DNA of 64,000 nt from Phycisphaerae bacterium. Lineage in GTDB: Bacteria; Planctomycetota; Phycisphaerae; UBA1845; Fen-1342. Where the stretch lies: positions 1 through 64,000 of the forward strand of contig JASFQK010000031.1 of the NCBI GenBank assembly GCA_050115495.1, read 5' to 3'. The notes under the pieces are model-generated. The model ran no database searches. It had not been told where the DNA came from and saw only the letters and a program-made list of their open reading frames with translations. This document shows, piece after piece, positions 1 through 10,652 of this stretch. The translations under genes and the position numbers were made by a program. The first letter of the stretch is position 1. Every line of letters begins with the position of its first letter.

Positions 1-152
1 TCTGTGTTCATCCGTGAACATCGGCGAGTCCTCCTGACTAAGTCTTGCTCAATAACCAACTTAGATCAGCGAGGACTCTATTCTGTCAAGACCAAGGTTA
101 GTACCATTGGGTGAAACCCGCCCTACCACCCCTGATCCCCCCAGCGTATGCC

Positions 153-542
153 TCAGCGCCCGCAGTGCGCCTCGGCTTCGATCTCGATCAGCATGTCGGG
201 AGCGATCAGCCGCCGCACTTCCACCATCGTCGTCGCCGGCCGCTGCTCGCCGAAGAACTCGCGGTGCGCCCGCCCGAACTCCGCCCAGCGCTCGATGTCG
301 GTGACGAACATCCGCGTGCGCACCACATCACCCGGACCCGCCCCGAGCTCCGCCAATACCCGGCCGATGATCTCGAGGCAGCGCCGCGCCTGGGCGTACG
401 CATCGCTCGGCGCCACGGTCTTCCCGTCCTCGCCGACCGGCGCCGTCCCCGTGACATACACGTGATCCCCCGCACGCAGCGCGCGGCAGTAGCCGATCTC
501 CCCTTCCCACGGCGCCCCCGAATACGCCCGACGAATCTCCAT
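153..542 (-). CDS. RidA/YjgF/YER057c family protein
   Basis: 129 aa; GYCRA, VYVTGT, VVRTRMFVTDI and RPATTMVEV..L..P..LIEIE motifs typical of Rid family. Confidence 0.9.
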   Translation of the reverse strand: MEIRRAYSGAPWEGEIGYCRALRAGDHVYVTGTAPVGEDGKTVAPSDAYAQARRCLEIIGRVLAELGAGPGDVVRTRMFVTDIERWAEFGRAHREFFGEQRPATTMVEVRRLIAPDMLIEIEAEAHCGR

Positions 543-581
543 GCCGACCGGCCTCCCTGCGGCGTCCGGCCGGCGGGGCGA

Positions 582-2774
582 TCAACCGCCGGTCAGCAGC
601 GCCACGAACGGTGCGATATCGAAGTTGTTCAGCAACCCGTCGCCGCTGCAATCGCCATTCAGCGGATCGCAACCCGGGTACGCCTCAGCGTAACCCTCCG
701 GGTTGGTCAGGGCCAGCACGAACGGGGCGATGTCGAAGTTGTTCACCAAGCCATCGCAGTTCATGTCGCCCGCCGCGTGGAAGGCGAACACGCCGAGGTA
801 CGTGCCCCAGATGTTCTCGGCGTGCCCGTACTCCTGGAGCATGTAGAACGTCTTCTGCTCCACCGGGTCCAGCGTCGTGTAGCTGTAGTCACCCCAGCGG
901 TTCCGCCCGTTCCCGTCGATGTTGTTCTGCGGACCGGTGCCCGCCTTGTACTGCACCGGCGCCGCCATCGTTCCGAGCGGATCCGTCGCCCGCCGGCCCG
1001 TGACGTAGCAGCCCGCGTACTGGTTCGCGTCAGACCCGGTGAAGCCCATCACCACGTCCCCGTCGGCGTTGACCATGATCGACGGGAAGAAGTAGCCCAA
1101 CCACGTGTCGGCCATCGTCCCCGACTGCACGAGGCGAAAGGCCGACGGCTCCAGCTCGTACCACCGGCACGCCGGCCGCCCGCTCTGGCTGATCGTGTGC
1201 GCCGTCCACAGCCGCCCACCCCGCAACACCGCCATCATCAACCGCGCGTCCACCGTGTCGAGCGGCGTCGAGCTACCCAGAGCCGACGCGTCCGGCGGAT
1301 CGTAGAAGTGCGACACTGAGATCGTGCCGAGGTCCATCAGTGACGGCGAGCTCGCCGGCGGCACGATCCGCCGCAGGTGCAACGCGTTGTTGCCCGAGGT
1401 CGACACGAGCAGCGTCGCGCCACCGGTGTCGTACTTGTGCACCGGCTGCACCGCCCGCTCCCACGGCAACCCGCGGAAGGCCGTTATCGTGCCCAGGCTC
1501 GGCGGCGACGCCACCAGCGGCGCCTTGTCGATTACGAACACGCTGTGCCCCGGCCCACCGACCATGTACGCCGTCGTCACGATCATGCTGTCGTTCACGC
1601 CCAGCGTCGGGTAGTCCGGCCAGTTACCCGTGTCGCTGCCCTGGGCAGTGACGAAGCTCGTCTTGAACCAATCACCGAGCGGATCGTCCGTCAGCGACAC
1701 CGCCAGGTAGATCGACGCCGTCGCGTTGAAATCACTCACCAGCACGATCCACCGCCCGCTGTGATGGTCGAAGAGCACACGCGGATCGCCGTTCGATCCC
1801 GGCAGAAACGCCCCCAGCAGAATGTTGAGCTGCTCCTGCCCCGTCTCCCGGTCGTACACTGCGAAGTTCCGGTTCACCGTAATCACGTAGTGGTTCGGCC
1901 CCACCGCTCCGTCCGTGTCCGGTGGATAGCTCAACGAACCCGCATCGCCGCGAATCACACCCTGGTACGAGGTCACCATCGTGGGCGGTCGCGGCACCGT
2001 TCGCGGCGTCTCCCGCGGGCCGCCTTCCTCCCCTGCCGGCTCCTCGACCGGAGCGACCGGCATCATCGGCCCGTGCACGCCGTCATCCGTCCCGAAGTCC
2101 CCGGAACCCGCCTCCCACGTCAGGCCGGCGTATCCCGAACCGCTCAGCTTCGTGTCGTAGTCCAGGTCGTCGAAGTCGACCACAACCGTCGGCGCGCCTT
2201 CTGCCGCCGCCACCGTGTACGTCAGGTCATCCATCCCGTACCAGCCGCCGCCATTGACCACGGGCTCGGCAACGATCTCGATCCGGTCCACCCGTTGCAG
2301 GTTCATGGCCAGCCACGCCGGCTCGGAACCGATTCCGCGAAACGGCTCCGTCCGCTGCACTTCGCGACCATCGCGATAGCTAATGACGACAATGCCCGTC
2401 GTCCAGACGCCCGGCCCCGCCTGGCCGGCGAAGTATGCGCCCTGCACGTCGACGAGCTGCGGGAAGCCGATGCCCATGTGGGTGTCGCCCCACTTGTTAA
2501 TGACGTTGTGGCTACCGGAATGCGGGAATGTCGTCGCGCCCCGCGACGGCACGACCCACTCGCCGTGCCGCCCGTTTCGTGCCCGGTTGTTCTCCGGAAT
2601 TGGCATCAACCGATCGCGGTCCACCGCCGCCTGCATCGACTCCACGTACGAACGCCCGAACGCAGACGGCTCCAACTGCTCGCCGGCGATCGCTTCCTGG
2701 GCCTGTGCCAGCAGCCCGAAACCGGCAAGGACAATAGCAAATGCGAGCGCGGCGGTGATCTTCGTAGCTGTCAT
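582..2774 (-). CDS. Secreted protein with C-terminal dockerin-like (double EF-hand) domain
   Basis: Signal peptide (..LLAQA); central PPDTDGAVGPNH..DPRVLFD..DYPTLG..NRWGDYS domain of unknown function; C-terminal GDMNCDGLVNNFDIAPFV..GDCSGDGLLNNFDIAPFV. Confidence 0.8.
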   Translation of the reverse strand: MTATKITAALAFAIVLAGFGLLAQAQEAIAGEQLEPSAFGRSYVESMQAAVDRDRLMPIPENNRARNGRHGEWVVPSRGATTFPHSGSHNVINKWGDTHMGIGFPQLVDVQGAYFAGQAGPGVWTTGIVVISYRDGREVQRTEPFRGIGSEPAWLAMNLQRVDRIEIVAEPVVNGGGWYGMDDLTYTVAAAEGAPTVVVDFDDLDYDTKLSGSGYAGLTWEAGSGDFGTDDGVHGPMMPVAPVEEPAGEEGGPRETPRTVPRPPTMVTSYQGVIRGDAGSLSYPPDTDGAVGPNHYVITVNRNFAVYDRETGQEQLNILLGAFLPGSNGDPRVLFDHHSGRWIVLVSDFNATASIYLAVSLTDDPLGDWFKTSFVTAQGSDTGNWPDYPTLGVNDSMIVTTAYMVGGPGHSVFVIDKAPLVASPPSLGTITAFRGLPWERAVQPVHKYDTGGATLLVSTSGNNALHLRRIVPPASSPSLMDLGTISVSHFYDPPDASALGSSTPLDTVDARLMMAVLRGGRLWTAHTISQSGRPACRWYELEPSAFRLVQSGTMADTWLGYFFPSIMVNADGDVVMGFTGSDANQYAGCYVTGRRATDPLGTMAAPVQYKAGTGPQNNIDGNGRNRWGDYSYTTLDPVEQKTFYMLQEYGHAENIWGTYLGVFAFHAAGDMNCDGLVNNFDIAPFVLALTNPEGYAEAYPGCDPLNGDCSGDGLLNNFDIAPFVALLTGG

Positions 2775-2925
2775 GACTACCTCGGCGAAGGCTTAGAGAA
2801 ATGGCCGAAACCAGCGCAGTGACGGCTCAGTTCCATAGTAGGGATCGGTCGCCAAGCGGACAACCAAAAGCCCGCAGCGTTCGCGCGGCACGGAGATCAT
2901 CGGGTGTTATCGGGCGTCTCCCCTG

Positions 2926-4173
2926 TCAACCGCGTTCGCCCGGCGAACGTCGCGCTTCGGTCAGCATCTTGAGGTAACTGAGATACCGCCGACGACTGAT
3001 GGCGCCTTGGATGACCGCCTCGCGGATCGCGCAGCCGCGCTCATTCCGATGCAGGCAGTCTTTGAACTGGCAGCGCGGCACGTGCGGGATGAACTCGGTG
3101 AACAGCGCTTCAAACTCCGCCGGCTGGATCGACCACAGGTCGAATGAGCGGATGCCCGGCGTGTCGACGACGTAGCCGCCGACCTCCAGACGCAGCAGGC
3201 GGGCCAGTGTCGTCGTGTGCCGGCCCTTCTCCGTGTCGCGGCTGACGTCGGCGACCTTCAGCTTCAGGCCGGGCTGGACGGCGTTGAGCAGTGAGCTCTT
3301 CCCGACGCCCGATTGGCCCGCTACGCCGGTAACGTGACCGCGTAACGCCTCGCGCAGCTCGTCGACCCCGGAACCGGTTACGGTGCTCGTGCAGATGCAG
3401 CGGTAGCCGAGCGCCCGGTACTCACCAAGAACGCTCCCGACCGTGATCGACTGCCGATCGGGCTCGTCGTCGGGATCGGTTTCGGATGGCCGCCCCACGC
3501 TCTGCGTGTAGATCAGCAGATCGTCCGGATCCACGCCGCCGGCCGTCTCGGCCAAGTCCATCTTGTTGACGCACACGATCGGCGTGAGGTTGCCACGGAG
3601 GGCGGCGACGATGTACCGGTCGATGAGGTGCGGTTTGAGCTGCGGCTCGGCGATGCTGGCCGTGATGAGGAGCTGATCCGCGTTGGCAACGATCGTGTGC
3701 GCCCGCCCGCGACGATCGCGCCGGTCGAGACGCGTGGTCCGCGGCTGTACGCGCTCAATGACGCCCACCGGCTCGCCGCCCGCCGACCCGGACTGGTCGG
3801 AGAACCACACGCGGTCGCCGACGGCCACCGGCGATCGGCGCTCGATTTCGAGCGTGCGCAACACCCGGCGAACGGTGCATTCCCACACGCGACCGCCCTC
3901 ATCGTCGACGTAGCAGATGAGGCCGTGGACGCTGGTGACGGTGCCGGCCCGCCACAGGTGCTCGTCGACGAGAGGCAGCTCGTCCTCGCCCATGATGACC
4001 GTGCGCCGCCGGGAGAGGTCACCCTTCGGGCGGACGGATTCGCTGAGGTGGGTGTCCTCGACGGCCGGGTCCTCGTCCTGGAATTGGCGGGTCCAATCGT
4101 CGGAGCGCCGCCGAACCTGCCGGTTCTGGCGGAAATCGACGCGTACCTTGCGCCCGCGGGGTTTCCTGGCCAT
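2926..4173 (-). CDS. rsgA: Ribosome small subunit-dependent GTPase A
   Basis: Circularly permuted GTPase motifs NKMD, GQSGVGKSS, GRHTTT, DTPGIR; C-terminal CQFKDCLH..E.GC zinc finger. Confidence 0.95.
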   Translation of the reverse strand: MARKPRGRKVRVDFRQNRQVRRRSDDWTRQFQDEDPAVEDTHLSESVRPKGDLSRRRTVIMGEDELPLVDEHLWRAGTVTSVHGLICYVDDEGGRVWECTVRRVLRTLEIERRSPVAVGDRVWFSDQSGSAGGEPVGVIERVQPRTTRLDRRDRRGRAHTIVANADQLLITASIAEPQLKPHLIDRYIVAALRGNLTPIVCVNKMDLAETAGGVDPDDLLIYTQSVGRPSETDPDDEPDRQSITVGSVLGEYRALGYRCICTSTVTGSGVDELREALRGHVTGVAGQSGVGKSSLLNAVQPGLKLKVADVSRDTEKGRHTTTLARLLRLEVGGYVVDTPGIRSFDLWSIQPAEFEALFTEFIPHVPRCQFKDCLHRNERGCAIREAVIQGAISRRRYLSYLKMLTEARRSPGERG

Positions 4174-4296
4174 AGGGACATTTTACCGCAGGCCCGCCCG
4201 GGTCACATGCCGGCGGAGCCGGGAGCCGTTGCGGGACGCCGGCCGATCGGGCAGAATGCCGCGACGGGCCGAGCAACTTCTCCTGGGGCAACAGAC

Positions 4297-5655
4297 ATGG
4301 CGGCATTGGCGCAGACGCTCGCCGAGCGAGCACGGGCGGCTGGGTTCGACACTTTGAGCCCGGCGGTGGTGCACGAAGTCAAACGGCGCGTGCTGGACTC
4401 GATCGGCACGGCCCTCGGCGCGTGGTCCAGCCGGCCGGGGCGGATCGCCCGCGAACTGGCCACGAGCGTGCCCATCGCCGGCGGCGCCTCGCTGCTGGGC
4501 TCGAAGCACCGCACCACGCCCGACCTGGCTGTCTTCGCCAACGGCGCGCTCGTCCGCTACCTCGACTTCAACGACACCTACCTCAGCCGCGAGCCGGCCC
4601 ATCCGAGCGACAACATTCCGGCGGCGTGGGCCGCAGCCCAGGCGGCGAGAGCCGGCGGCCGCGAGCTCATCACCGCCATCGCCCTCGGTTACGAGTTGCA
4701 GTGTCGCCTATGTGATGCGGCGTCGCTGCGGGCCCACGGCTGGGACCACGTCTGCTACGGGGCCCTGTCCACCGCCCTGCTGGCCAGCAAGCTGTACGGA
4801 CTGAGCGTCGAGCAGACCGTGCACGCCCTCGGCCTGGCCGGCGTCTGCAACTTCGCCACGCGGCAGACGCGGACCGGGCAAATTTCCGACTGGAAGGCCT
4901 GCGCCTTCTCGAACGCGGCCCGCAACGGGCTGTTCGCCGCCGACCTGGCCCGCCGCGGCCTCACTGGGCCGAACGAGATCTTCGAAGGGCCGAAGGGGCT
5001 CTTCCAGATGATCACCGGTCCGTTCAACCTGGCCTGGTCCGCCGGCCTGGACGACTGGATGATCCGCAAGACCTACATCAAGTTCTGGCCGGCGGAGTAC
5101 CACTCCCAGTCGGCGATCGATGCCGCGCTGCAATTGCGCCCCGAGGTCGGCGACGCGCGGCGAATTCAGAGCATCCTCATCGAGAGTTTCGAGGCCGCCG
5201 TCAGCATCATCGGCAGCGAGCCGGAGAAGTGGCGGCCCACCAGCCGCGAAACTGCCGACCACAGCATGGGCTACTGCGTGGCCTGTGCCCTGCTCGACGG
5301 CGACGTCAGCCGGGAGTCCTTCAGCGAGGAGAGAATACGCGACGCGGAAACTCTGAAGCTGCTGGATAAGATCAAGATCGTGGAGACGGCCGAATGCAAC
5401 GCGGGGTATCCCGACGGGATCCCGAACCGCCTGATCGTCACGATGCAGGACGGGCGCGAGTTGACCAAACTGGTCAAATACCCCCGCGGCCACGCCGGAA
5501 ACCCAATGACGGATGACGAAGTGATCGCCAAATTCCGGGGCCTGGCGGCGGACGTGGTCAGTCCGGCGACCGCCGACGAGATCATCGCCCGAGCCATGTC
5601 ACTGGAGAAGCTGGACGACGTTGGCGAATTGCTGGAGTTCGCCACGTTGAGGTAG
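4297..5655 (+). CDS. prpD: MmgE/PrpD family 2-methylcitrate dehydratase
   Basis: [26 protein letters not shown] motifs; start moved to ATG 4297 because the longer ORF overlaps rsgA antisense; clustered with prpB and prpC. Confidence 0.9.
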   Translation: MAALAQTLAERARAAGFDTLSPAVVHEVKRRVLDSIGTALGAWSSRPGRIARELATSVPIAGGASLLGSKHRTTPDLAVFANGALVRYLDFNDTYLSREPAHPSDNIPAAWAAAQAARAGGRELITAIALGYELQCRLCDAASLRAHGWDHVCYGALSTALLASKLYGLSVEQTVHALGLAGVCNFATRQTRTGQISDWKACAFSNAARNGLFAADLARRGLTGPNEIFEGPKGLFQMITGPFNLAWSAGLDDWMIRKTYIKFWPAEYHSQSAIDAALQLRPEVGDARRIQSILIESFEAAVSIIGSEPEKWRPTSRETADHSMGYCVACALLDGDVSRESFSEERIRDAETLKLLDKIKIVETAECNAGYPDGIPNRLIVTMQDGRELTKLVKYPRGHAGNPMTDDEVIAKFRGLAADVVSPATADEIIARAMSLEKLDDVGELLEFATLR

Positions 5656-5719
5656 GCGGCTGGTGTTGCCGGGCTCGTGCTGCGGCACGTCCGGCCAGGA
5701 ACAAGCACAGAGGCGGACC

Positions 5720-7009
5720 ATGGGCGAGACGGCGCGACTGATCGACGGCGACAAAACGTACGAGCTACCCGTCGTGGTGGGCACGGAGCACGAACGCGGC
5801 GTGGACGTCAGCCAACTGCGGGCGCAGTCCGGGCTGATCACCGTCGACGACGGCTACGGCAACACGGGCTCGTGCATCAGCGACATCACCTTCATCGACG
5901 GCGAGCGGGGCATCCTGCGCTACCGCGGATACCCGATCGAGGAGCTGGCCGAGGAGGCCTCTTTCGTCGAGACGGCGTACCTGCTGATCTTCGGCGAACT
6001 GCCCAGCGCGGCCCAACTCCAGGATTTCCGCCAGATGATGACCGACCACATGTTCCTGCACGAGAACATGCGGCATCACTTCGAGGGCTTCCCCACCGAC
6101 GCCCCGCCGATGGCCATCCTCTCGGCCATGATCAACACCATGGGCTGCTTCCAGCCGGAACTGACCGAGCCGGAGGACGACGCCCACTTCATGCCGGCGG
6201 CGGCCCGCCTGCTGTCCAAGGTGCGGACGATCGCCGCCCAGAGCTACCGGCGGTCGCGCGGCCTGCCCTTCAGCTATCCGCGGTGGGACCTGTCCTACAC
6301 GGCGAATTTCCTGCACATGATGTTCTGCCTGCCGAACAAGGAATGCCCGCCGGACCCGGACGTCGTGCGAGCCCTCAAACAGATCCTGATCCTGCACGCC
6401 GACCACGAGCAGAACTGTTCGACGTCGACGGTGCGCATGGTCGGCTCGGCCCAGGCAAACCTCTACGCCTCGACGGCCGCGGGCGTCTGCGCCCTGTGGG
6501 GACCGCTGCACGGCGGCGCGAACGTCGCCGTGATCGAGATGCTCACCCAGATCCACAACAGCGGCGAGCCACTCGAGAAATTCATCGCCCGCGTCAAGGA
6601 CCGCGAGTCCGGAGCGCGGCTGATGGGCTTCGGCCACCGCGTCTACAAGAACTTCGACCCGCGGGCCCAGATCATCAAGCGCTCGGCGGACAAGGTGCTG
6701 GCCAAGCTCGGTATCAAGGATCCGCTGCTCGAGATCGCCATCAAGCTCGAAGAGACAGCCCTGAAGGACGAGTATTTCGTCGAGCGCAAGCTCTACCCGA
6801 ACGTCGATTTCTACAGCGGTATCATCATGCGGGCCATCGGCATTCCGCTGAACATGTTCACCGTGATGTTCGCCATCGGCCGCATGCCCGGCTGGATCGC
6901 CAACTGGCGCGAGGTGCACCTGAGCCCGCGCGCACGCATCTACCGCCCGCGGCAGATCTACAACGGCCCGACCGAACGCCACTACGTGCCGCTGCCGCAA
7001 CGCGCCTAG
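5720..7009 (+). CDS. gltA: Citrate synthase (GltA type)
   Basis: [60 protein letters not shown]. Confidence 0.93.
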   Translation: MGETARLIDGDKTYELPVVVGTEHERGVDVSQLRAQSGLITVDDGYGNTGSCISDITFIDGERGILRYRGYPIEELAEEASFVETAYLLIFGELPSAAQLQDFRQMMTDHMFLHENMRHHFEGFPTDAPPMAILSAMINTMGCFQPELTEPEDDAHFMPAAARLLSKVRTIAAQSYRRSRGLPFSYPRWDLSYTANFLHMMFCLPNKECPPDPDVVRALKQILILHADHEQNCSTSTVRMVGSAQANLYASTAAGVCALWGPLHGGANVAVIEMLTQIHNSGEPLEKFIARVKDRESGARLMGFGHRVYKNFDPRAQIIKRSADKVLAKLGIKDPLLEIAIKLEETALKDEYFVERKLYPNVDFYSGIIMRAIGIPLNMFTVMFAIGRMPGWIANWREVHLSPRARIYRPRQIYNGPTERHYVPLPQRA

Positions 7010-7049
7010 CCGCCGTGTCCGCCCGATTAGCCCAGCGAGGTCGCCCCCG

Positions 7050-7928
7050 ATGACCGCCACTACGCACTCCCGATCGGCGCGGCTGCGAGCCGCCCTCCGT
7101 GATCACACCGTCGTGCTCCCCGGCGCCATCAACGCCCTGAGCGCCCGGGCCATCGAGCAGGCCGGCTTCGAGGCCATCTACCTCTCCGGCGCCGTGCTGG
7201 CCAACAGCGTCCTCGGCGTGCCGGACATCGGCTTGAGCACACTGACCGAGGCCGTTTCTCACGCCGCCCGCTGCGCCGCGGTCACCACGCTGCCGATCAT
7301 CATGGACGCCGACACCGGCTTCGGCAGCCCGGAGAACGCCGCCCGCACGGTTGAGGAATACGCCCGCGCCGGGCTGAGCGGCCTGCACCTCGAAGACCAG
7401 GAGTTCCCCAAGCGCTGCGGCCATCTGACCGGCAAGCGGCTGGTGCCGACCGGCGAATTTTGCGCGAAGATCGTCGCCGCCGTCACCGCCCGGCCCGATC
7501 CCGACTTCATGATTATCGCCCGCACGGACGCTCGCGGCGTCAGCTCGTACGACGAGGCGGTCACGCGAGCCCACGCCTACCTCGCTTCCGGCGCCGACGC
7601 CATCTTCCCCGAAGCCCTGGAGACCCGCGAGGAGTTCGCCCGCTTCGCCCGGGACGTGCCGGCGACGCTGTTGGCCAACATGACCGAGTTCGGCCGCACG
7701 CCCTACCTGACCGTCGACGAGTTCGCCGACCTGGGTTATCGCCTGGTGATCTTTCCCGTCACACTCCAGCGCGTGGCGATGAAGGCCATGGAAGTGGCGC
7801 TGCGCGAGCTGAAGGGGCAGGGCACACAGCAGCACATGCTGGACCGCATGCAGACGCGGCAGGAGCTGTACGAGCTGCTGGAATACGACGGGGTGGTGCG
7901 AGCCGGTTCACCTGGAGACAGTGCATGA
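7050..7928 (+). CDS. prpB: 2-methylisocitrate lyase
   Basis: DADTGFG, LEDQ..PKRCGH, IARTDA, ANMTEFG.TP, MQTR.ELY. Confidence 0.93.
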   Translation: MTATTHSRSARLRAALRDHTVVLPGAINALSARAIEQAGFEAIYLSGAVLANSVLGVPDIGLSTLTEAVSHAARCAAVTTLPIIMDADTGFGSPENAARTVEEYARAGLSGLHLEDQEFPKRCGHLTGKRLVPTGEFCAKIVAAVTARPDPDFMIIARTDARGVSSYDEAVTRAHAYLASGADAIFPEALETREEFARFARDVPATLLANMTEFGRTPYLTVDEFADLGYRLVIFPVTLQRVAMKAMEVALRELKGQGTQQHMLDRMQTRQELYELLEYDGVVRAGSPGDSA

Positions 7929-9049
7929 ACAAGGCTAACGAAGCGTACCACCCGGGGCTCGAAGGCGTGATCGCCGGCGAAACGGCGATCTGCTCGGTCG
8001 AGCAGGACGGCCTCGCCTACCGCGGCTACGACGTCACCGACCTCGCCGAGCACGCCAGCTTCGAGGAATGCGCCTACCTGCTGCTGCACGGCGAGTTGCC
8101 AACCGAGCCTGAGCTGAAGCTCTTCCGCCGCTGCCTGGCCTCGCACTACGAGCTGCCGCCGCCGGTGATCGAGGCCCTGCGGGCCATCCCGCGGCACATC
8201 GAGGGCATGGACGTCCTACGCACGGGCGTGAGCCTCTCCGCCCATTATGATTCCTGTTCGGGCAGCAGCCGCGAAGTGCTCCTGTGCCGGGCCGCGCGGC
8301 TGCTGGCCCAGACACCGGCGATCATCGGCGCCCGCCTCCGCCTGCTGGCCGGACAGGCACCGCTCGCTCCGCTGCCGGGCCTGAGCCACGCCGGCCAGAT
8401 GCTCTACCTGACCCTCGGTCACGAGCCCACGCCGCTGGCCGAGCGCACCCTCAACCTCACACTCATCCTCTACGCCGAGCACGAGTTCAACGCCTCCACC
8501 TTCGCCGCCCGCGTCTGCACCAGCACGGAAAGCGACCTCTACTCGGCGGTCGTGGCCGCCATCGCCACGCTCAAAGGTCCGCTGCACGGTGGCGCCAACG
8601 AGGCGGCCATTCGCCTGATCAACCGCTTCGGCAGCGCTGCCGAAGCCCGCACCTGGGTCACGCAGGCCTTGGCCGACAAGACCAAGATCATGGGCTTCGG
8701 CCACCGCGTCTACAAAAACGGCGACCATCGGGCCCGCATTCTCGAGCGCCACCTCGGCGAACTGGCCGCCGCCCGCGACGAGCGCTGGCGGCTCGAAGTC
8801 TACGACGCCATCAAGGACACGGTGCAGCAGGCGAAGGGCCTGCACCCCAACCTCGACTTCCCCTGCGGCCTCGCCTACTACCTGCTCGGCCTGCCCATCG
8901 ATATCTACACGCCGCTGTTCGTCGCCTCGCGGGTCAGCGGCTGGTGTGCCCACATCATCGAGCAGACCGAGCACAACCGCATCATCCGCCCGCGCAGCCG
9001 CTACACCGGCCCACCCCGCCGGAAGTTCGTGCCCCTGGCCGAACGCTAG
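7925..9049 (+). CDS. prpC: 2-methylcitrate synthase / citrate synthase
   Basis: ATGA overlap with prpB stop; [46 protein letters not shown]. Confidence 0.88.
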   Translation: MNKANEAYHPGLEGVIAGETAICSVEQDGLAYRGYDVTDLAEHASFEECAYLLLHGELPTEPELKLFRRCLASHYELPPPVIEALRAIPRHIEGMDVLRTGVSLSAHYDSCSGSSREVLLCRAARLLAQTPAIIGARLRLLAGQAPLAPLPGLSHAGQMLYLTLGHEPTPLAERTLNLTLILYAEHEFNASTFAARVCTSTESDLYSAVVAAIATLKGPLHGGANEAAIRLINRFGSAAEARTWVTQALADKTKIMGFGHRVYKNGDHRARILERHLGELAAARDERWRLEVYDAIKDTVQQAKGLHPNLDFPCGLAYYLLGLPIDIYTPLFVASRVSGWCAHIIEQTEHNRIIRPRSRYTGPPRRKFVPLAER

Positions 9050-9114
9050 ACTCGCCCGGCGACACGCCGCCGCCCGTCGTTGACAGCCGCCGGGCCGCGG
9101 CGGAAACTGTCCGC

Positions 9115-10557
9115 ATGCCGCCCTTCTGGGTCGTCGTGCTGGGCATCGACGTTCTGCTCATCCCCTTTGTCATCGCTTCCGTTCTGCGCCAGCGCAAAGA
9201 GCCGATGGCCATGCTCGCCTGGATCCTCGGCGTGCTGGCCCTGCCATACGTGGGCATGGCGTTGTACTGGCTGATGGGCTCGAACCGCGTCGTCCGCCGC
9301 ACACGCCGCCGGCGCCGCCGCATCGCCCACCTCATCGCCCAGCTCGAGAACTGGACGCGTTCGTATGTCGCCGCCGGCGGGCAGGACCACACGCCCGAAC
9401 TGCCCGAGGACCTGCGGGCCATCGCCCACGTCGGCCAGCGCCTGGCCCAGATGCCACCCACGCGCGGCAACGAGGTCGAAGTCTACGAAGAAGCCAACGC
9501 CACCTACAGCGCCCTCGAAGAGGCCATCCGCCAGGCCCGCCACCACGTCCATCTCGAATACTACATCTGGCGGCCGGACGAGACGGGCCTCGCCTTCCGC
9601 GACCTGCTCGTGCAGAAGGCGCGCAGCGGCGTGGAATGTCGGCTGTTGCTGGATTCCGTCGGCTGCTGGCGGCTGGGGCGGCGCTTCACGAAACCGCTCA
9701 CCGACGCCGGCGCCCAGGTGGCCTTCTACCTGCCGCTTCATCCGCTGCGCAAGCGCTGGAGCCCGCACCTGCGTAACCACCGCAAGATCGTCGTCATCGA
9801 CGGCCAGCACGCTTTCCTCGGCAGTCAGAACATCGGCGACGAGTATCGCGGCCGCCTTCGGCAACTGAGCCCCTGGTACGACACGCACGTGCGCGTCAGC
9901 GGGCCGGCGGCGCTCTTCCTGCAACGGACCTTCGCCGAGGACTGGCTCTTCGCCACGCGCGAGAACCTCGTCGGCGAGGCCTACTTCGCCGCCCCGTCGC
10001 ACCCCGGGCGCACCGTCGTCCAGATCCTGCCCACCGGCCCCGACCAAAACATCAGCCCGCTCGAACAGGTTGTCTTCGCCGCGGTCAGCTCGGCCCGAGA
10101 GTCCATCCGCATCGCCACGCCGTACTTCGTGCCCGGTCCCGGCCTACGCATGGCACTGGCCCACGCCCGCGCCCGCGACGTCGCCGTCGAACTCGTCCTG
10201 CCCACCCGCAGCGACTCGCCGATCGTCCTGTGTGCCGGCCGCAGCTTCTACGGCGAGTTGCTCGAAGTCGGCGTCCACATCCACGAGTACGACGGCGGCA
10301 TGCTCCACTCCAAGCTCGTCACCGTCGATGACCGCTGGTGCATGCTCGGCTCGGCCAACATGGACGTCCGCAGCTTCCGCCTGAACTTCGAGGTCACCGC
10401 GCTCGTCTACGATGCGGCGGTGACCCGGACGCTCTCGGCCTATATTGAGCGTTTCGTGAAGGGCGCCCGGTCCGTCTCGATGCGTGACGTGCGTCAGCGC
10501 ACGCTGACCCAACAATTAGCGGAAGGCGCGGCCCGCCTTTTGACCCCTCTACTGTAG
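9115..10557 (+). CDS. cls: Cardiolipin synthase
   Basis: Two N-terminal TM helices and two HKD motifs (RNHRKIVVIDG, LHSKLVTVDD..GSANMD); start set at ATG 9115. Confidence 0.92.
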   Translation: MPPFWVVVLGIDVLLIPFVIASVLRQRKEPMAMLAWILGVLALPYVGMALYWLMGSNRVVRRTRRRRRRIAHLIAQLENWTRSYVAAGGQDHTPELPEDLRAIAHVGQRLAQMPPTRGNEVEVYEEANATYSALEEAIRQARHHVHLEYYIWRPDETGLAFRDLLVQKARSGVECRLLLDSVGCWRLGRRFTKPLTDAGAQVAFYLPLHPLRKRWSPHLRNHRKIVVIDGQHAFLGSQNIGDEYRGRLRQLSPWYDTHVRVSGPAALFLQRTFAEDWLFATRENLVGEAYFAAPSHPGRTVVQILPTGPDQNISPLEQVVFAAVSSARESIRIATPYFVPGPGLRMALAHARARDVAVELVLPTRSDSPIVLCAGRSFYGELLEVGVHIHEYDGGMLHSKLVTVDDRWCMLGSANMDVRSFRLNFEVTALVYDAAVTRTLSAYIERFVKGARSVSMRDVRQRTLTQQLAEGAARLLTPLL

Positions 10558-10589
10558 ATATTATCGGGCGACACAAACCACCTACCCAC

Positions 10590-10621
10590 AAAAAAAGGCG
10601 ACCCGCATCATGCGGGTCGCC
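10590..10621 (-). terminator. Rho-independent terminator of flagellin gene
   Basis: GGCGACCCGCA-tca-TGCGGGTCGCC 11-bp hairpin next to an A7 run (U-tract on the minus strand). Confidence 0.85.
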
Positions 10622-10652
10622 GGAAGGTTCCCTAGGAGGCAGAGGTCGTCGT

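Noticed and set aside
3628..9114. Long N-terminal extensions in the ORF track for prpD (3628), prpC (7460) and cls (8284), suggesting fusions
   Set aside because: The extensions overlap neighbouring real genes. Family similarity starts at ATG 4297, 7925 and 9115.
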